This document shows positions 35,000-44,893 of a stretch of DNA of 64,000 bases, piece after piece. The notes under the pieces were generated by a model. It worked only from the letters and a program-made list of their open reading frames with translations. It did not search any database and was not told the DNA's origin. The translations under genes and the position numbers were made by a program. This DNA comes from Clostridia bacterium. Lineage in GTDB: Bacteria > Bacillota > Clostridia > Oscillospirales > Acutalibacteraceae. Numbering within the stretch: position 1 is the stretch's first letter; every line of letters begins with the position of its first letter. Location of the stretch: contig JAFSWN010000071.1 of the NCBI GenBank assembly GCA_017450185.1, positions 715 through 64,714 of the forward strand, in the 5' to 3' direction.

Positions 35000-36655
35000 T
35001 TATCTCTTCATCTTCGGGTCAAACGCGTCTCTCAGACCGTCGCCAACGAGGTTGAACGCGAGGACCGTCGCCAGCAGGCATACGCCGGCGGGTATCCAGA
35101 TAAACAGGTAGTTCGTTAAAACGAAGGTATTGTTTACGTCGTTTATGATGTTGCCCCATGAGGCGAACGGGAAACGCACGCCGAGGCCGAGGAACGAAAG
35201 CGTTGCCTCGATGATTATCGTTGAGCCGAGGCCCATGGTCATTGTTACTATGAGCTGCGGTATGACGTTGGGGATGAGGTGGCGGAAGATCCTGCGGGAA
35301 ATTCTTATTCCGCCCGCTTCCGTTGCGGTCATGAACTCCTGCTCTCTGAGGGAAAGGATCTGGCCTCTGACAAGACGCGCAACACCGGGCCATCCGAGGA
35401 AGCCGAGGATCAGCATAAGGTAGAGCATACGGATCTTCGGGTCCACGTTGTAGGCGTCCATCATCGCGCCGAGGATAATGAGAAGCGGAGTGGAAGGTAT
35501 GCAGTAGAAGATATCGACCACACGCATGATGAGATTATCTATCCAGCCGCCGAAATATCCGGAGATGCCGCCGAAGATAACTCCGATGATGCTCTCGATA
35601 AAAACGACGATGAAGCCGATTATAAGCGATACACGGCCGCCGTACATAAGACGGGTGAGCATATCCATGCCGTTTCCGTCGGTGCCGAGCCAGTGGTCCT
35701 TTCCGGGAGGCGAATACTGGTCGATGACCCTTGTTTCCTTGCCCTGCTTAACGGAATAGGACTTGCGGTAGGCGTCGTAGCTGAGGCTGTATTCATATTC
35801 CTCGCCGTCGTCCTCGGTGAAGAGAAAATCCTCGTCGCCCGTTTCGAGAGCTTCCTGAAGCTCGGTTTTGAAGCGCTTTGACAAAACTACGTCGGGATAT
35901 GCCGAACGCACGATGAAGCGGCTGATATAAGCAACGTCTTCGCCGTTAAGCTTTATGTCGCCGTCGGACAGAGAGTAGGTTTTACCGTTGGCGGTAAAGC
36001 TGCTTTCGCCCTTTGCGTAAGCCGAGAGCGCAGCGAGGACAAAGCCGAAATCATTTTCGCTGACTTCCGCGGAAAGAGAATTCACGATGTCCTTATAAGC
36101 GAGGCCTACCTGCTTGCCGCCCACCGAAACTACATACAGATCGTCGCTGAGCTTTTCAATGTCGTAGGTAACGTCGTTATAGGAATACTGTTCCTGGTCC
36201 GATGATATGGCGAGATAAGCCTGAGCCTGAGCGATGCCCGAAAACAGAGGATCGTTTGACATATAGCGGAATTCCTCGTTCGTTACAACGCTGCAGTATT
36301 CCTTGTTTGTTATATCGTTGCGGTAGAATATCTGTTTCTCGCCGTATGGGGTGACAACGCCGCCGAGGAACGAGAAAATGAACATGAACACAAGCACAGA
36401 CATGCCCGTGACGGCAAGACGGTTCCTGAAAAAGCGTTTCGCGACGAGAGCGCCGGGAGACAGGACCTTTACGCGGCGGTCGTCGTTGAGCGAATACTGC
36501 TCTTCATTGGGCTTGTTTCTGTTGTTTTCTTTGCGGTCCTCTTCCTCGATAGCCTTTACCTTGTCGCGGTTATGCTCGACGGCTATCTCAGCCGCCCTTT
36601 TGGGAACGCCGTTAAGATGGGTGGGGTTGAGCTTATTATTGTTATCGTCTTTCAC
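35000..36655 (-). CDS. oppC: Opp-type ABC permease with ~250-aa extracytoplasmic insertion
   Basis: C-terminal BPD-transporter core with an EAA-like loop (TATEAGGIRISRRIFRHLIPN). Long N-terminal region after the first TM segment. Confidence 0.85.
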   Translation of the reverse strand: MKDDNNNKLNPTHLNGVPKRAAEIAVEHNRDKVKAIEEEDRKENNRNKPNEEQYSLNDDRRVKVLSPGALVAKRFFRNRLAVTGMSVLVFMFIFSFLGGVVTPYGEKQIFYRNDITNKEYCSVVTNEEFRYMSNDPLFSGIAQAQAYLAISSDQEQYSYNDVTYDIEKLSDDLYVVSVGGKQVGLAYKDIVNSLSAEVSENDFGFVLAALSAYAKGESSFTANGKTYSLSDGDIKLNGEDVAYISRFIVRSAYPDVVLSKRFKTELQEALETGDEDFLFTEDDGEEYEYSLSYDAYRKSYSVKQGKETRVIDQYSPPGKDHWLGTDGNGMDMLTRLMYGGRVSLIIGFIVVFIESIIGVIFGGISGYFGGWIDNLIMRVVDIFYCIPSTPLLIILGAMMDAYNVDPKIRMLYLMLILGFLGWPGVARLVRGQILSLREQEFMTATEAGGIRISRRIFRHLIPNVIPQLIVTMTMGLGSTIIIEATLSFLGLGVRFPFASWGNIINDVNNTFVLTNYLFIWIPAGVCLLATVLAFNLVGDGLRDAFDPKMKR

Positions 36656-36670
36656 TGCCGCTGCACCTCC

Positions 36671-37657
36671 TTACGCTATCCTGACTCTCGGGTCAACGAC
36701 CGCGTAGAGTATGTCTGCGAGCAGGTTTCCGAGAAGCGTGAGCACCGCAAGGAAAACCATGTAGAACATTGAAAACGGTATATCGCCGCCTACCATCGAC
36801 TGATAGGAAACGTAGCCTATGCCGTTGATGCCGAAAAGGGTCTCGGTTATGAGAGCGCCGGAAAAAAGCCCGGGACGCGAACCGCCCACTATTGTGACTA
36901 TGGGGATAAGGGTGTTCCTGAAGGCGTGATGGTATATGACCTTGCGCTCCGACAGGCCCTTTGCTCTGGCAGTCCTGATATAGTCGGCGTTGAGCACCTC
37001 GAGCATATTGGTCCTTGTGTATCTCATAAGAGAACCGAAACTTATCACAACGAGTGTTATGATGGGCAAGACAAGATGGTGAGCCATGTCGAGCACCTTG
37101 CCCCACGCGTCGAGATTGTTGTAGTTTCGCCCGACAAGGCCGAACAGGTCGAACCACCCGAGCTTGACCGAGAAAACAAGCTTCAGAAGAGAAGCGAAGA
37201 AGAACGTGGGGAACGAGATACCCGCAAGAGCGATGACCGAAATAATATAGTCGGTTTTGCTGTTCTGCTTGGTTGCGGCGATAACGCCGAGAGGTATGGC
37301 TATGATAAGCTCAAAGAAGAAGGATATCGCGCCCATGATAAAGGATACCCAGATAACGTCGTTGAACTTTTCAATGACCGGCACCGTCCACTTCCAGCTG
37401 TCGCCGAAGTCGCCTTTGAGGAAGGTCCAGAACCAGCCGAAAAAGCCCACCACAATGCCCTTGTCCATATTGTACTGGGCGGCAAGCCGCTCCATCCACT
37501 GTTCGTAGGACATGGATCCGGGGGCCATGGAACGCTGTCTCGCGACCTGCTCGATATAGGAGGTGGGCAAACAGCGCATAAGGGCGTAGATGATAAACGC
37601 CACAAAGAACAGTATGACCACCGAGATAAAAATACGTTTTACTATGTATTTCCTCAT
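36671..37657 (-). CDS. oppB: Opp-type ABC permease
   Basis: MRKYIVKRIFISVVILFFVAFIIYALMR N-terminus and the ADYIRTARAKGLSERKVIYHHAFRN EAA loop. Confidence 0.85.
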   Translation of the reverse strand: MRKYIVKRIFISVVILFFVAFIIYALMRCLPTSYIEQVARQRSMAPGSMSYEQWMERLAAQYNMDKGIVVGFFGWFWTFLKGDFGDSWKWTVPVIEKFNDVIWVSFIMGAISFFFELIIAIPLGVIAATKQNSKTDYIISVIALAGISFPTFFFASLLKLVFSVKLGWFDLFGLVGRNYNNLDAWGKVLDMAHHLVLPIITLVVISFGSLMRYTRTNMLEVLNADYIRTARAKGLSERKVIYHHAFRNTLIPIVTIVGGSRPGLFSGALITETLFGINGIGYVSYQSMVGGDIPFSMFYMVFLAVLTLLGNLLADILYAVVDPRVRIA

Positions 37658-37709
37658 TCTTTCACCATCCGCGGAAAACTATTATATAGGGTTATATTAA
37701 ACGACATAA

Positions 37710-37757
37710 CCGTATATGAATCAACGTTCTTAAACAAAAGCGCTGATTCATATACGG
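37710..37757. promoter_or_regulatory. Perfect 14-bp inverted repeat (20-nt spacer) between oppA-like and oppB
   Basis: CCGTATATGAATCA at 37710-37723 pairs with TGATTCATATACGG at 37744-37757. Confidence 0.6.
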
Positions 37758-37829
37758 ATGCGAGGTAAAAAGAGCGCGGCAGGCGCTGTATTTAAGCGTG
37801 GATCCCGACTCCTTTTCTCCCCTTGACAC

Positions 37830-37867
37830 GTTATCCTGCGGGATAACGAATTATTCCGCAGGATAAC
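37830..37867 (-). other. 12-bp perfect stem-loop just downstream of the oppA-like stop
   Basis: GTTATCCTGCGG at 37830-37841 pairs with CCGCAGGATAAC at 37856-37867. A nested alternative hairpin GTTATCC/GGATAAC is possible. No U-run. Confidence 0.6.
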
Positions 37868-37893
37868 GGTTATAACAGAATTATTAAATTCTA

Positions 37894-40194
37894 TCAGTTG
37901 AGAACAGTGTTCTCGATCTCTCTCATCCAGCCGTAGAAGGTTGTGATGTCGGGAGTAACGGTCGAAATATTAACACGCTCGGTGCTGAATATAACGGCGT
38001 TCTGACGCTGATATACGGGAACCTCAACAGCCCAGTCAACGATGATATCAAGGCACTGCTTGTATATGGTCTTTCTGTAGGCCTGATCGAAAGAGGCTCT
38101 CGCGGCGAGGATGAGCTTGTTGAGCTCTTCGTCGGCGATGTCATACATGTAGTTCGATCCGCCGGCTTCCTGAGAATCGCTGCCGGAGAAATAGATCTGA
38201 TACATGTCGGGATCCACGGTGGCGCCCCAGGCAGCGCACCACATGGGCACGGTGCCGGCTTCGATGCCGTCCCACAGATCGCTGGAGTTCGCAAGATCCT
38301 TAACTATAAGCTCGATGCCGATCTTCTCGAGAGCTTCAGCGGCATGAGTAACGATCATGAACGAAGGATGGTCGCCGTTACCGTCGGCGGGGATCCAGAG
38401 TTCATAGGAAAGCTTTGCGCCTTCGGGAGCGGCAGTCACTTTGCCGTCGGCAACAGTGTAGCCTGCAGCCTCAAAGTAACCCAGAGCTGCCTTCAGAGCG
38501 GCGTCGTAGCGGGCGTCCGCATCCATATCGGAGGTGTAGATGTCCTTGCCTTCGGCGTCGGTGGAGAAGGCCACCTTGTAGTCGGCGTCAGTTGCCTGAG
38601 GAGCCGCCCAGGAGGTGTTGGAGATGGGATAGTTGATAACGGAAGCGCGCTCGCCGTAGTAGGAGTCGATGGCAACGTCTCTGTATACGGAGAATACGGT
38701 TGCGAAGGCTTTACGAAGGTTCTTGGAAGCATCGCTGCCCTTGTCGCCGCCCACGTTTACGCTGTCGGCGCTGATGCCGATGTAGCCGTAACCGAGGTTG
38801 TCAACAGTGTTGACGGTGATCTTGTCGCCGCTGACTTCCTTGGCGTCCTCAGCAAGTCCGTTGGCAGCCTTGATGGCCTTGACGGTCTCGGTGGTGAAGG
38901 AAGGATCGGTGATGTCGATGGTGCCTGTTACAACGCCGTTGAGCTTATCGGCGTCGGAGCCCTCGATAAAGTTGATGTACTTGGTCTTGGGAGCGCCCTT
39001 GAAGTAGCTCTCATTGGCCTCGAAGTAAACAACGCCGTTCTCATACTTGAGGAACTTGTAGGGGCCAGCGCCGAGAGGCTTGGTGGTCTTTGCGCGAACG
39101 CTGGAAAGGTCGCCCTTCTCAAAGCCGAACTTGTTGTTGTCGTAGTCGAACTTGGCGGTATCGCCGTAGTAGTGAAGAGGAGCGATCGGAACGCCGAGCT
39201 GATAGATAGCGGTGGCGTCGACCTTGGTGAGAACAACACGCATGTTGTAGTCGTCGATCTTCTGGATGCCTTCGATCTTGGCGGCGGATTCACCGGTGGT
39301 GATACCGGTTCCCGAATATGTGCCGAGATCCGGGAAGAGCTCGTCAACGCTTACGGTGGCGGCTTCGGTGTTGATCATGCCGGCAACGTCAGCGCCGTAT
39401 TTCTCGGTGAGCTTGGCGGCAAGTTCTTCAGCGGAGGTAGCGCCGTCAAAGCCCCAGGCGGAAGCGGCGCCGGCAGCATCCTCGGCATAGCCGTTCTCAA
39501 GGCAGTAGTTGATGATGTCGTTAGCAAGAGCGAGAGTGGCCTTGTCATAGGTCTCCCAGAAAGCCTTCTGCTGCTCTTCGGTGAAATAAGTGAAGTCGGT
39601 GTTGTCTTTGCCGGCCTTGAAGATGAGGTTGAGCAGAGTGTCCATACCGGAACGATACTCTTCCATGCCGAGAATGGGCTGAGCAAACAGAGTGGAGGAT
39701 CCGTCGTAGGTGGGATCGCAGAGAACGTACATTGAGAAGATGACGTCGTCTACAGTGACCTTTTCGCCATCGGAGAAGGTGAGATCTTCGCGAAGCTTGA
39801 AATCATAGAAAATGTTTCCGCTTGCTTCATCTTCGGTGATGGTGAGATCGGCGGGACCGTAATAGGTATATTCGGTTCCGTTGTAGGAGACTTTTTCGCC
39901 CTCGATGCCCTTCTGGATGATAGCGCCGGTACGGTCACCGTCAAGAAGGCTGATGGCAGTCATAGTCCAAACGTCCTGATCGTAGGCGGTCTCACTGAAG
40001 AAGGGGGAGAACTTCTCGTTGAAGTTGGAATAACCGACAACAAGGGGTTTGTCTTCTGTGTCGGTGTTCACGGGGTTAGCTGCGCCCGTGCTTTCCGGTT
40101 CATTGCCGCCCGGCTTTTTGTTGCAGGCCGCGAAAACGCATACGCACATAACAACAGCAAGGAAAAGCGCAACGAACTTCTTTAAGTTTTTCAT
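37894..40194 (-). CDS. ABC substrate-binding lipoprotein, family 5 (OppA/DppA-like), unusually long (766 aa)
   Basis: Lipobox VFAAC. Family-5 SBP-like core (GAGPYKFLKYENG). Heads the opp permease/ATPase genes. Confidence 0.8.
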   Translation of the reverse strand: MKNLKKFVALFLAVVMCVCVFAACNKKPGGNEPESTGAANPVNTDTEDKPLVVGYSNFNEKFSPFFSETAYDQDVWTMTAISLLDGDRTGAIIQKGIEGEKVSYNGTEYTYYGPADLTITEDEASGNIFYDFKLREDLTFSDGEKVTVDDVIFSMYVLCDPTYDGSSTLFAQPILGMEEYRSGMDTLLNLIFKAGKDNTDFTYFTEEQQKAFWETYDKATLALANDIINYCLENGYAEDAAGAASAWGFDGATSAEELAAKLTEKYGADVAGMINTEAATVSVDELFPDLGTYSGTGITTGESAAKIEGIQKIDDYNMRVVLTKVDATAIYQLGVPIAPLHYYGDTAKFDYDNNKFGFEKGDLSSVRAKTTKPLGAGPYKFLKYENGVVYFEANESYFKGAPKTKYINFIEGSDADKLNGVVTGTIDITDPSFTTETVKAIKAANGLAEDAKEVSGDKITVNTVDNLGYGYIGISADSVNVGGDKGSDASKNLRKAFATVFSVYRDVAIDSYYGERASVINYPISNTSWAAPQATDADYKVAFSTDAEGKDIYTSDMDADARYDAALKAALGYFEAAGYTVADGKVTAAPEGAKLSYELWIPADGNGDHPSFMIVTHAAEALEKIGIELIVKDLANSSDLWDGIEAGTVPMWCAAWGATVDPDMYQIYFSGSDSQEAGGSNYMYDIADEELNKLILAARASFDQAYRKTIYKQCLDIIVDWAVEVPVYQRQNAVIFSTERVNISTVTPDITTFYGWMREIENTVLN

Positions 40195-40251
40195 TGGAAT
40201 TACTCTCCTTTGAGTTTTTTTATAAAATCGGCTTTAACCGAAATTACCCCA

Positions 40252-40788
40252 TTATGCGTCTGAAGATATCCAGACGGATTTTTTGACTCTGATGCGGAGG
40301 ATGAGCGCGCACGCGGCGGACCCCGCTTTGAGAAGAAGAAAAACAACGAACCATACGGTGTTTTCACCAGTGCCGTTCAAAACGACGTAAAGAGTTTCGC
40401 ATATTATTCCGGCGACTGCCGCAGACAAAGCCAGAATGCAGCGCAGCGGCAGGCTTTTTACCGAGGAATCATACACATATTCTCTGAGGGGCTTTTTGTT
40501 GCAAGCGAGCCTGACCGCAGCCCAAAGCACGCTGACGCACGCTCCTATCTCGAGAACGAACGGGATTATGACGTAGAAGCAGCCGGTCATTCCGGGAGCA
40601 GTGATACACCCGGACGCGACGCACGAAAGGAACGCGCCGAGTGAAAGCGCCGCGACAGACGCGGTGAAGGGCCCGTATTTTTCGCCATCGAGAGAATAGA
40701 GCTTTCCTCTGTATATGTATTCTCCGGCGGCGTTTTTTACAAAATAGCTCAGATATCCTCTTTTTGAAAACCTGTGTTTATCCGCCAT
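40252..40788 (-). CDS. Integral membrane protein, unknown function
   Basis: 178 aa with four hydrophobic segments. Lies directly upstream of the SBP gene. Confidence 0.6.
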   Translation of the reverse strand: MADKHRFSKRGYLSYFVKNAAGEYIYRGKLYSLDGEKYGPFTASVAALSLGAFLSCVASGCITAPGMTGCFYVIIPFVLEIGACVSVLWAAVRLACNKKPLREYVYDSSVKSLPLRCILALSAAVAGIICETLYVVLNGTGENTVWFVVFLLLKAGSAACALILRIRVKKSVWISSDA

Positions 40789-40933
40789 ATCTTTTTATTT
40801 CGGGACGTTGTTGTATTTTACGCAAAATCCGGTCATAATCACGGATGTTATATTTATAGCACAGAAAATCGGTTTGCACAATATTTTTGTTTAAAATATT
40901 TTATATTTATTACAAAACTGTAATTTAATAATC

Positions 40934-40965
40934 AAAAAAGCGAATCGATACTGCGACCGATCCGC
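40934..40965 (-). terminator. Rho-independent terminator after clpC
   Basis: Minus strand reads GCGGATCG, 9-nt loop, CGATTCGC (one G-U pair), followed by TTTTTT. Confidence 0.6.
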
Positions 40966-40978
40966 CGGTTTTCGGGCG

Positions 40979-43390
40979 TCATCCCGATATAAGTTCTATT
41001 TTTCCGTTTGTGACTTCAACAGAGACTTTCGGAGACGGGGCGTTTCGCAAAAGTATCTGCGACAGGGGGTTTTCTATTTCAGACGTGATAAAACGGCGAA
41101 CCGGCCTCGCGCCGTAGGGCCCCGAAGCGCAGAGCTTTGCTATGTGGCGCGTAAGCTCGGCGCCGAAATGAAGCTCAACTCCGGCATTTTTTGCTCTTTC
41201 GGCAAGCTCGGAAAGCATTTTCAGGGCTATTTCGGCGAGATCGTTCTCGTTTAGCCTTTCAAAAACGACCGTTTCGTCTATTCTGTTCAGAAATTCCGGA
41301 CGGAATATTTTTTTGAGCTCGCTTTTGACTGCGTCGCCTGTCGAGGGGGCCGCTTTTGCGTTTCCGGAGGAAAAACCTATGGCTGCAAGCTGATCCGAAA
41401 CAAACCTTGCCCCTGCGTTCGAGGTCATAATGACGACGCAGCTGCGGCAGTTTACGGTTTTGCCCGACGAGGAGGTGAACATACCGTCCTCGAGTATTTG
41501 AAGAATAGCGTTGAACACGTCGGGATGGGCCTTTTCTATTTCATCGAACAGCACGACGCTGTAGGGACGGCGGCGAAGCTTTTCCGCAAGACTGCCCCCC
41601 TCGTCAAAGCCGACGTAGCCCGGAGGCGAGCCGAACAGACGCGAAACGGAATGGCTTTCGCTGTATTCGGACATATCCACCCTTACGAGAGCTTTTTCAT
41701 CCCTGAAAACGCACGCGGCGAGAGCCTTCGCAAGCTCTGTTTTGCCGACTCCCGTGGGTCCGCAGAAAAAGAAGACGCCTGTGGGCCTGCGGGGATCGGA
41801 AAGCCCCGTCCTCGCCCTCCTGATTGCGCACGAAACCGCTTTTATTGCCTTTTTCTGCCCGATCACATATTTTTCGAGCCTGCTCTCAAGGTCCGCAAGA
41901 GCTTCTCTTTCGGTCTGACGCAGACTTTCGACCGGTATGCCGGTTTGCTCGCTGAGCACGCACGCTATGTCCTCGGCCGTAATGGTTTTATCGAGCTCCG
42001 TTTTGTCGCTGTCCCACTTTTCATCGGCCGCGGCGAGCTCGCAGACTATGCTCAGCTCCCTTTCCCTTGTTCTTGCCGCGAGAACGTAATCCTGAGTGCT
42101 CACAGCGCCGAGCTTTTTTTGTTTTGTCTCTCTGAGTTCTTTTTCAAGGAGCCTTATCCCGTCGGGCTTTATGCTGCTCATAAGGTTCTTTTTGGCCGCC
42201 GCCTCGTCGAGCAGGTCTATGGCCTTATCGGGCAGGAACCTGCCGCTCAGATATCTTGACGACAGCTCGACGCACGCTTTAAGCGCGTCCTCCGAAATAA
42301 CGCAGTCGTGGAACTCCTCATAACGGGGCCTCAGCGAACGAAGTATCTCGAGAGAGGTCTCTTTTGAAGGCTCGTCCACCGCAACGGTCTGGAAGCGTCT
42401 TTCTAGCGCGGCGTCCTTTTCTATGTTTTTGCGGTATTCGTCGATCGTGGTGGCGCCTATCATCCTCAGTTCCCCTCTCGCGAGGGCGGGCTTTAAGATG
42501 TTTGCGGCGTCGACGGCGCCCTCCGCGGAGCCCGCGCCCATGATGTTGTGGAGCTCGTCTATGAAAAGTATGACCTTCCCGGAGGAGATCGCCTCGTTTA
42601 TCACGTTTTTAAGGCGTTCTTCAAAGTCGCCCCGGTATTTGGCTCCCGCGACCATGGAATTGAGCTCGAGCGAATAAACAGACTTATCCCTGAGAAGATC
42701 GGGAACGTCGCCGGAGGCTATCCTTGCGGCGAGGCCCTCAACGACGGCGGTTTTGCCCACTCCCGGTTCGCCTATGAGACATGGGTTGTTTTTGGTGCGA
42801 CGGCAGAGTATCCTTATAACGCGATCGATCTCTTTGTCGCGGCACGCAACGGGGTCGGACATGCCGTTTTTTGCGCGTGAAGTCAGCTCGGAGGCATACT
42901 TTTCGAGAGCGGGGAATTCTTTTCTCCTGACAGGCTCTTTTATAAGAGCCCCCGCTCCCCTGAAGCCGGAGTTTATATCCGAAAGGATCATCGCCGGCGA
43001 AGCGCCGAGCTCGGAAACAATGTGAGAGGCGGCGCAGCGCTTGTCTGCGAGAAGCGCGCTCAGAAGATGCCCCGTGCCCGCGCCGAACTCATCCTTCCCG
43101 GAAATGGAGAGAGCGGAGGAAATGATTTTTTTAAGACGGGGAGTAACGTCCTCTTGAGTGAGCGCGGTCGGTACGCCCGCGCCTACAGCGCGGGCTATCC
43201 TCGCGTTGACGGCCGCCGCGTTTATCCCGCGGCCTCTGAGCGTCGCGCCTGAAACGCTCAGCGGATCGGAGCACAGCGCGGACAGAAGATGCTCTGTGCC
43301 CACATAAGTATGGCCGTAGCTTTCGGCAATAAAAAAAGCTTCGTTCAAAACGGCGTTCGCCTTTTCGGTAAATCCGGTGAACTGATACAT
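40979..43390 (-). CDS. clpC: ATP-dependent Clp protease ATP-binding subunit ClpC
   Basis: Double Clp-N repeat and two AAA+ modules (GEPGVGKTAVVEGLA; GPTGVGKTELAKALA). 803 aa. Follows mcsB. Confidence 0.9.
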   Translation of the reverse strand: MYQFTGFTEKANAVLNEAFFIAESYGHTYVGTEHLLSALCSDPLSVSGATLRGRGINAAAVNARIARAVGAGVPTALTQEDVTPRLKKIISSALSISGKDEFGAGTGHLLSALLADKRCAASHIVSELGASPAMILSDINSGFRGAGALIKEPVRRKEFPALEKYASELTSRAKNGMSDPVACRDKEIDRVIRILCRRTKNNPCLIGEPGVGKTAVVEGLAARIASGDVPDLLRDKSVYSLELNSMVAGAKYRGDFEERLKNVINEAISSGKVILFIDELHNIMGAGSAEGAVDAANILKPALARGELRMIGATTIDEYRKNIEKDAALERRFQTVAVDEPSKETSLEILRSLRPRYEEFHDCVISEDALKACVELSSRYLSGRFLPDKAIDLLDEAAAKKNLMSSIKPDGIRLLEKELRETKQKKLGAVSTQDYVLAARTRERELSIVCELAAADEKWDSDKTELDKTITAEDIACVLSEQTGIPVESLRQTEREALADLESRLEKYVIGQKKAIKAVSCAIRRARTGLSDPRRPTGVFFFCGPTGVGKTELAKALAACVFRDEKALVRVDMSEYSESHSVSRLFGSPPGYVGFDEGGSLAEKLRRRPYSVVLFDEIEKAHPDVFNAILQILEDGMFTSSSGKTVNCRSCVVIMTSNAGARFVSDQLAAIGFSSGNAKAAPSTGDAVKSELKKIFRPEFLNRIDETVVFERLNENDLAEIALKMLSELAERAKNAGVELHFGAELTRHIAKLCASGPYGARPVRRFITSEIENPLSQILLRNAPSPKVSVEVTNGKIELISG

Positions 43391-43402
43391 GGCTACCTCC
43401 GA

Positions 43403-43438
43403 ACAAAAAAAAGAAAAGCAGTAGACTGCTACTGCTTT
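43403..43438 (-). terminator. Intra-operon terminator-like hairpin between mcsAB and clpC
   Basis: Minus strand reads AAAGCAGTAG, loop CAGT, CTACTGCTTT (10-bp stem), then TCTTTTTTTT. It ends ~5 nt before the clpC GGAGG RBS. Confidence 0.6.
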
Positions 43439-43462
43439 CAGTATACGAAAAAGCGCCGCCGA

Positions 43463-44857
43463 TTATGCGGAAAATAATTTTTTTCTCACAAGACGGGCTC
43501 TCAGCTCGTCGCGCTCGGATTGGCTGAGCTTGGTTCCCGCCGTCGCGTTGACGCTCGCGGGCTGGAGAGTGAAGAAGAGCTCGTTTATATCGCCGAGATC
43601 AAAGGAGCAAAGACCGTATACCGCTCCGAGCCTTATCCACGAAAGCATCTCGTTCATCTCGGCGGACGTGAGGAGCACCGCTCCCGACAGCACGGAGCAG
43701 GCGCGGTTTATCCTGTCTATTACGGAAATGTCCTTGATAAATTCCTCCGCGGCGGAGCGCTCCCTTGTTTCAAGCTGCAGGCAGAACGCCTTGAGGTTTG
43801 CAACAGCCTCGTTCACGCTTATGCCCATTGTGAGGGTATTCGAGACCCTGAACAGATCGGCGCTGACGTTCACACCGTTTCCGCCTATGCCTGTGACTAA
43901 GAGACCGAGCTTTGATATCATTGACGAAAGCGCGGGGATCTCGCCTGTTTTTGAAAGGACGGGCAGGTGCATTATGACTGACGCCCTGAGAGAAGTGCCG
44001 AGCATGGCGGGACTTTGGTTAAGATAGCCGAGCTTCGGCGAGAACGCGAGAGGGATCTCTTTGTTTATCGCGTCGCGGTATTTTTTTACTATGCCGAAAG
44101 CCGCCTCGGGGGCGAGCCCTCCCACATATGAACGAAGCCTTATATGGTCCTCGTCGCACAGCATAACGCTTATTTTTTCGTCTTTGGAAAACGCCGTTGC
44201 AGCGCCTTCTCTCGCGGACGCGAATTCGGGGGTGATTATCGCCCGTTCGGCAAGCGAGGCAACCTCATAAGGATAGAGCCTTGACGGGTCAAGGACGGTG
44301 AGATCTCCGTCGAGATTTTTTACGGCGGAAAGGATCTTTAAGTTGAGGGCGTTTTTCTGCGCTGGAGTGAGCCTTGCCGGGAAGGGGATGCCGTCGGCGT
44401 TTGCGGCGACTACAGCGCCGGAGCCTATGACTATGTCGCTGTGGTTCTTTTTCTCCCGGTACCACTTTTCGCCCGAAGAACCTGTTTCGCAAACTATGGT
44501 ATCCTCTCCCGCCTTATAAGGGGCTCTGCCGTGTATATTGCGGATATAAGGCATAAGCTTGTCGCCGAATACGCGGTAGCAGTTCGGGCAGCCCGGGCGC
44601 GAGGAACGCACTATATCCTCGAAGCTCAGAGAGCAGACGTCGCACCTGAGAACCCTGTTGCCTATGCTCGAAAGCTCGGAGCCCGAAAGGATCTCGCCGA
44701 GAGTTTTTGCGGCGGGAAAGGAAAAACCGGAAAAAACCGCGCCGTAGCCGAGAGCCCTCGCGCAGTCGGGACAAAGATGCACCTCTGCCGACTCGCCGTT
44801 TATTATTCTGCGCAAATGCACGCCCGCGTCTTTATTGTGACAATTCTGACAAAGCAT
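43463..44857 (-). CDS. mcsB: Fused McsA-like zinc-finger domain and McsB protein-arginine kinase (ATP:guanido phosphotransferase)
   Basis: N-terminal four CxxC pairs (CQNC, CPDC, CDVC, CPNC). The rest has McsB motifs DEDHIRLRS, GTSLRASVIMHLPVL and FRVSNTLTMG. Single uninterrupted ORF. Confidence 0.8.
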   Translation of the reverse strand: MLCQNCHNKDAGVHLRRIINGESAEVHLCPDCARALGYGAVFSGFSFPAAKTLGEILSGSELSSIGNRVLRCDVCSLSFEDIVRSSRPGCPNCYRVFGDKLMPYIRNIHGRAPYKAGEDTIVCETGSSGEKWYREKKNHSDIVIGSGAVVAANADGIPFPARLTPAQKNALNLKILSAVKNLDGDLTVLDPSRLYPYEVASLAERAIITPEFASAREGAATAFSKDEKISVMLCDEDHIRLRSYVGGLAPEAAFGIVKKYRDAINKEIPLAFSPKLGYLNQSPAMLGTSLRASVIMHLPVLSKTGEIPALSSMISKLGLLVTGIGGNGVNVSADLFRVSNTLTMGISVNEAVANLKAFCLQLETRERSAAEEFIKDISVIDRINRACSVLSGAVLLTSAEMNEMLSWIRLGAVYGLCSFDLGDINELFFTLQPASVNATAGTKLSQSERDELRARLVRKKLFSA

Positions 44858-44893
44858 AGCCTGACTTCCCTTTTCGGATGATACTGTATTTAT

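Noticed and set aside
38344-39735. 463-aa plus-strand ORF rich in Gly/Val/Asp.
   Set aside because: It is antisense to the well-supported family-5 substrate-binding lipoprotein gene. Its repetitive G/V composition is an antisense artefact.
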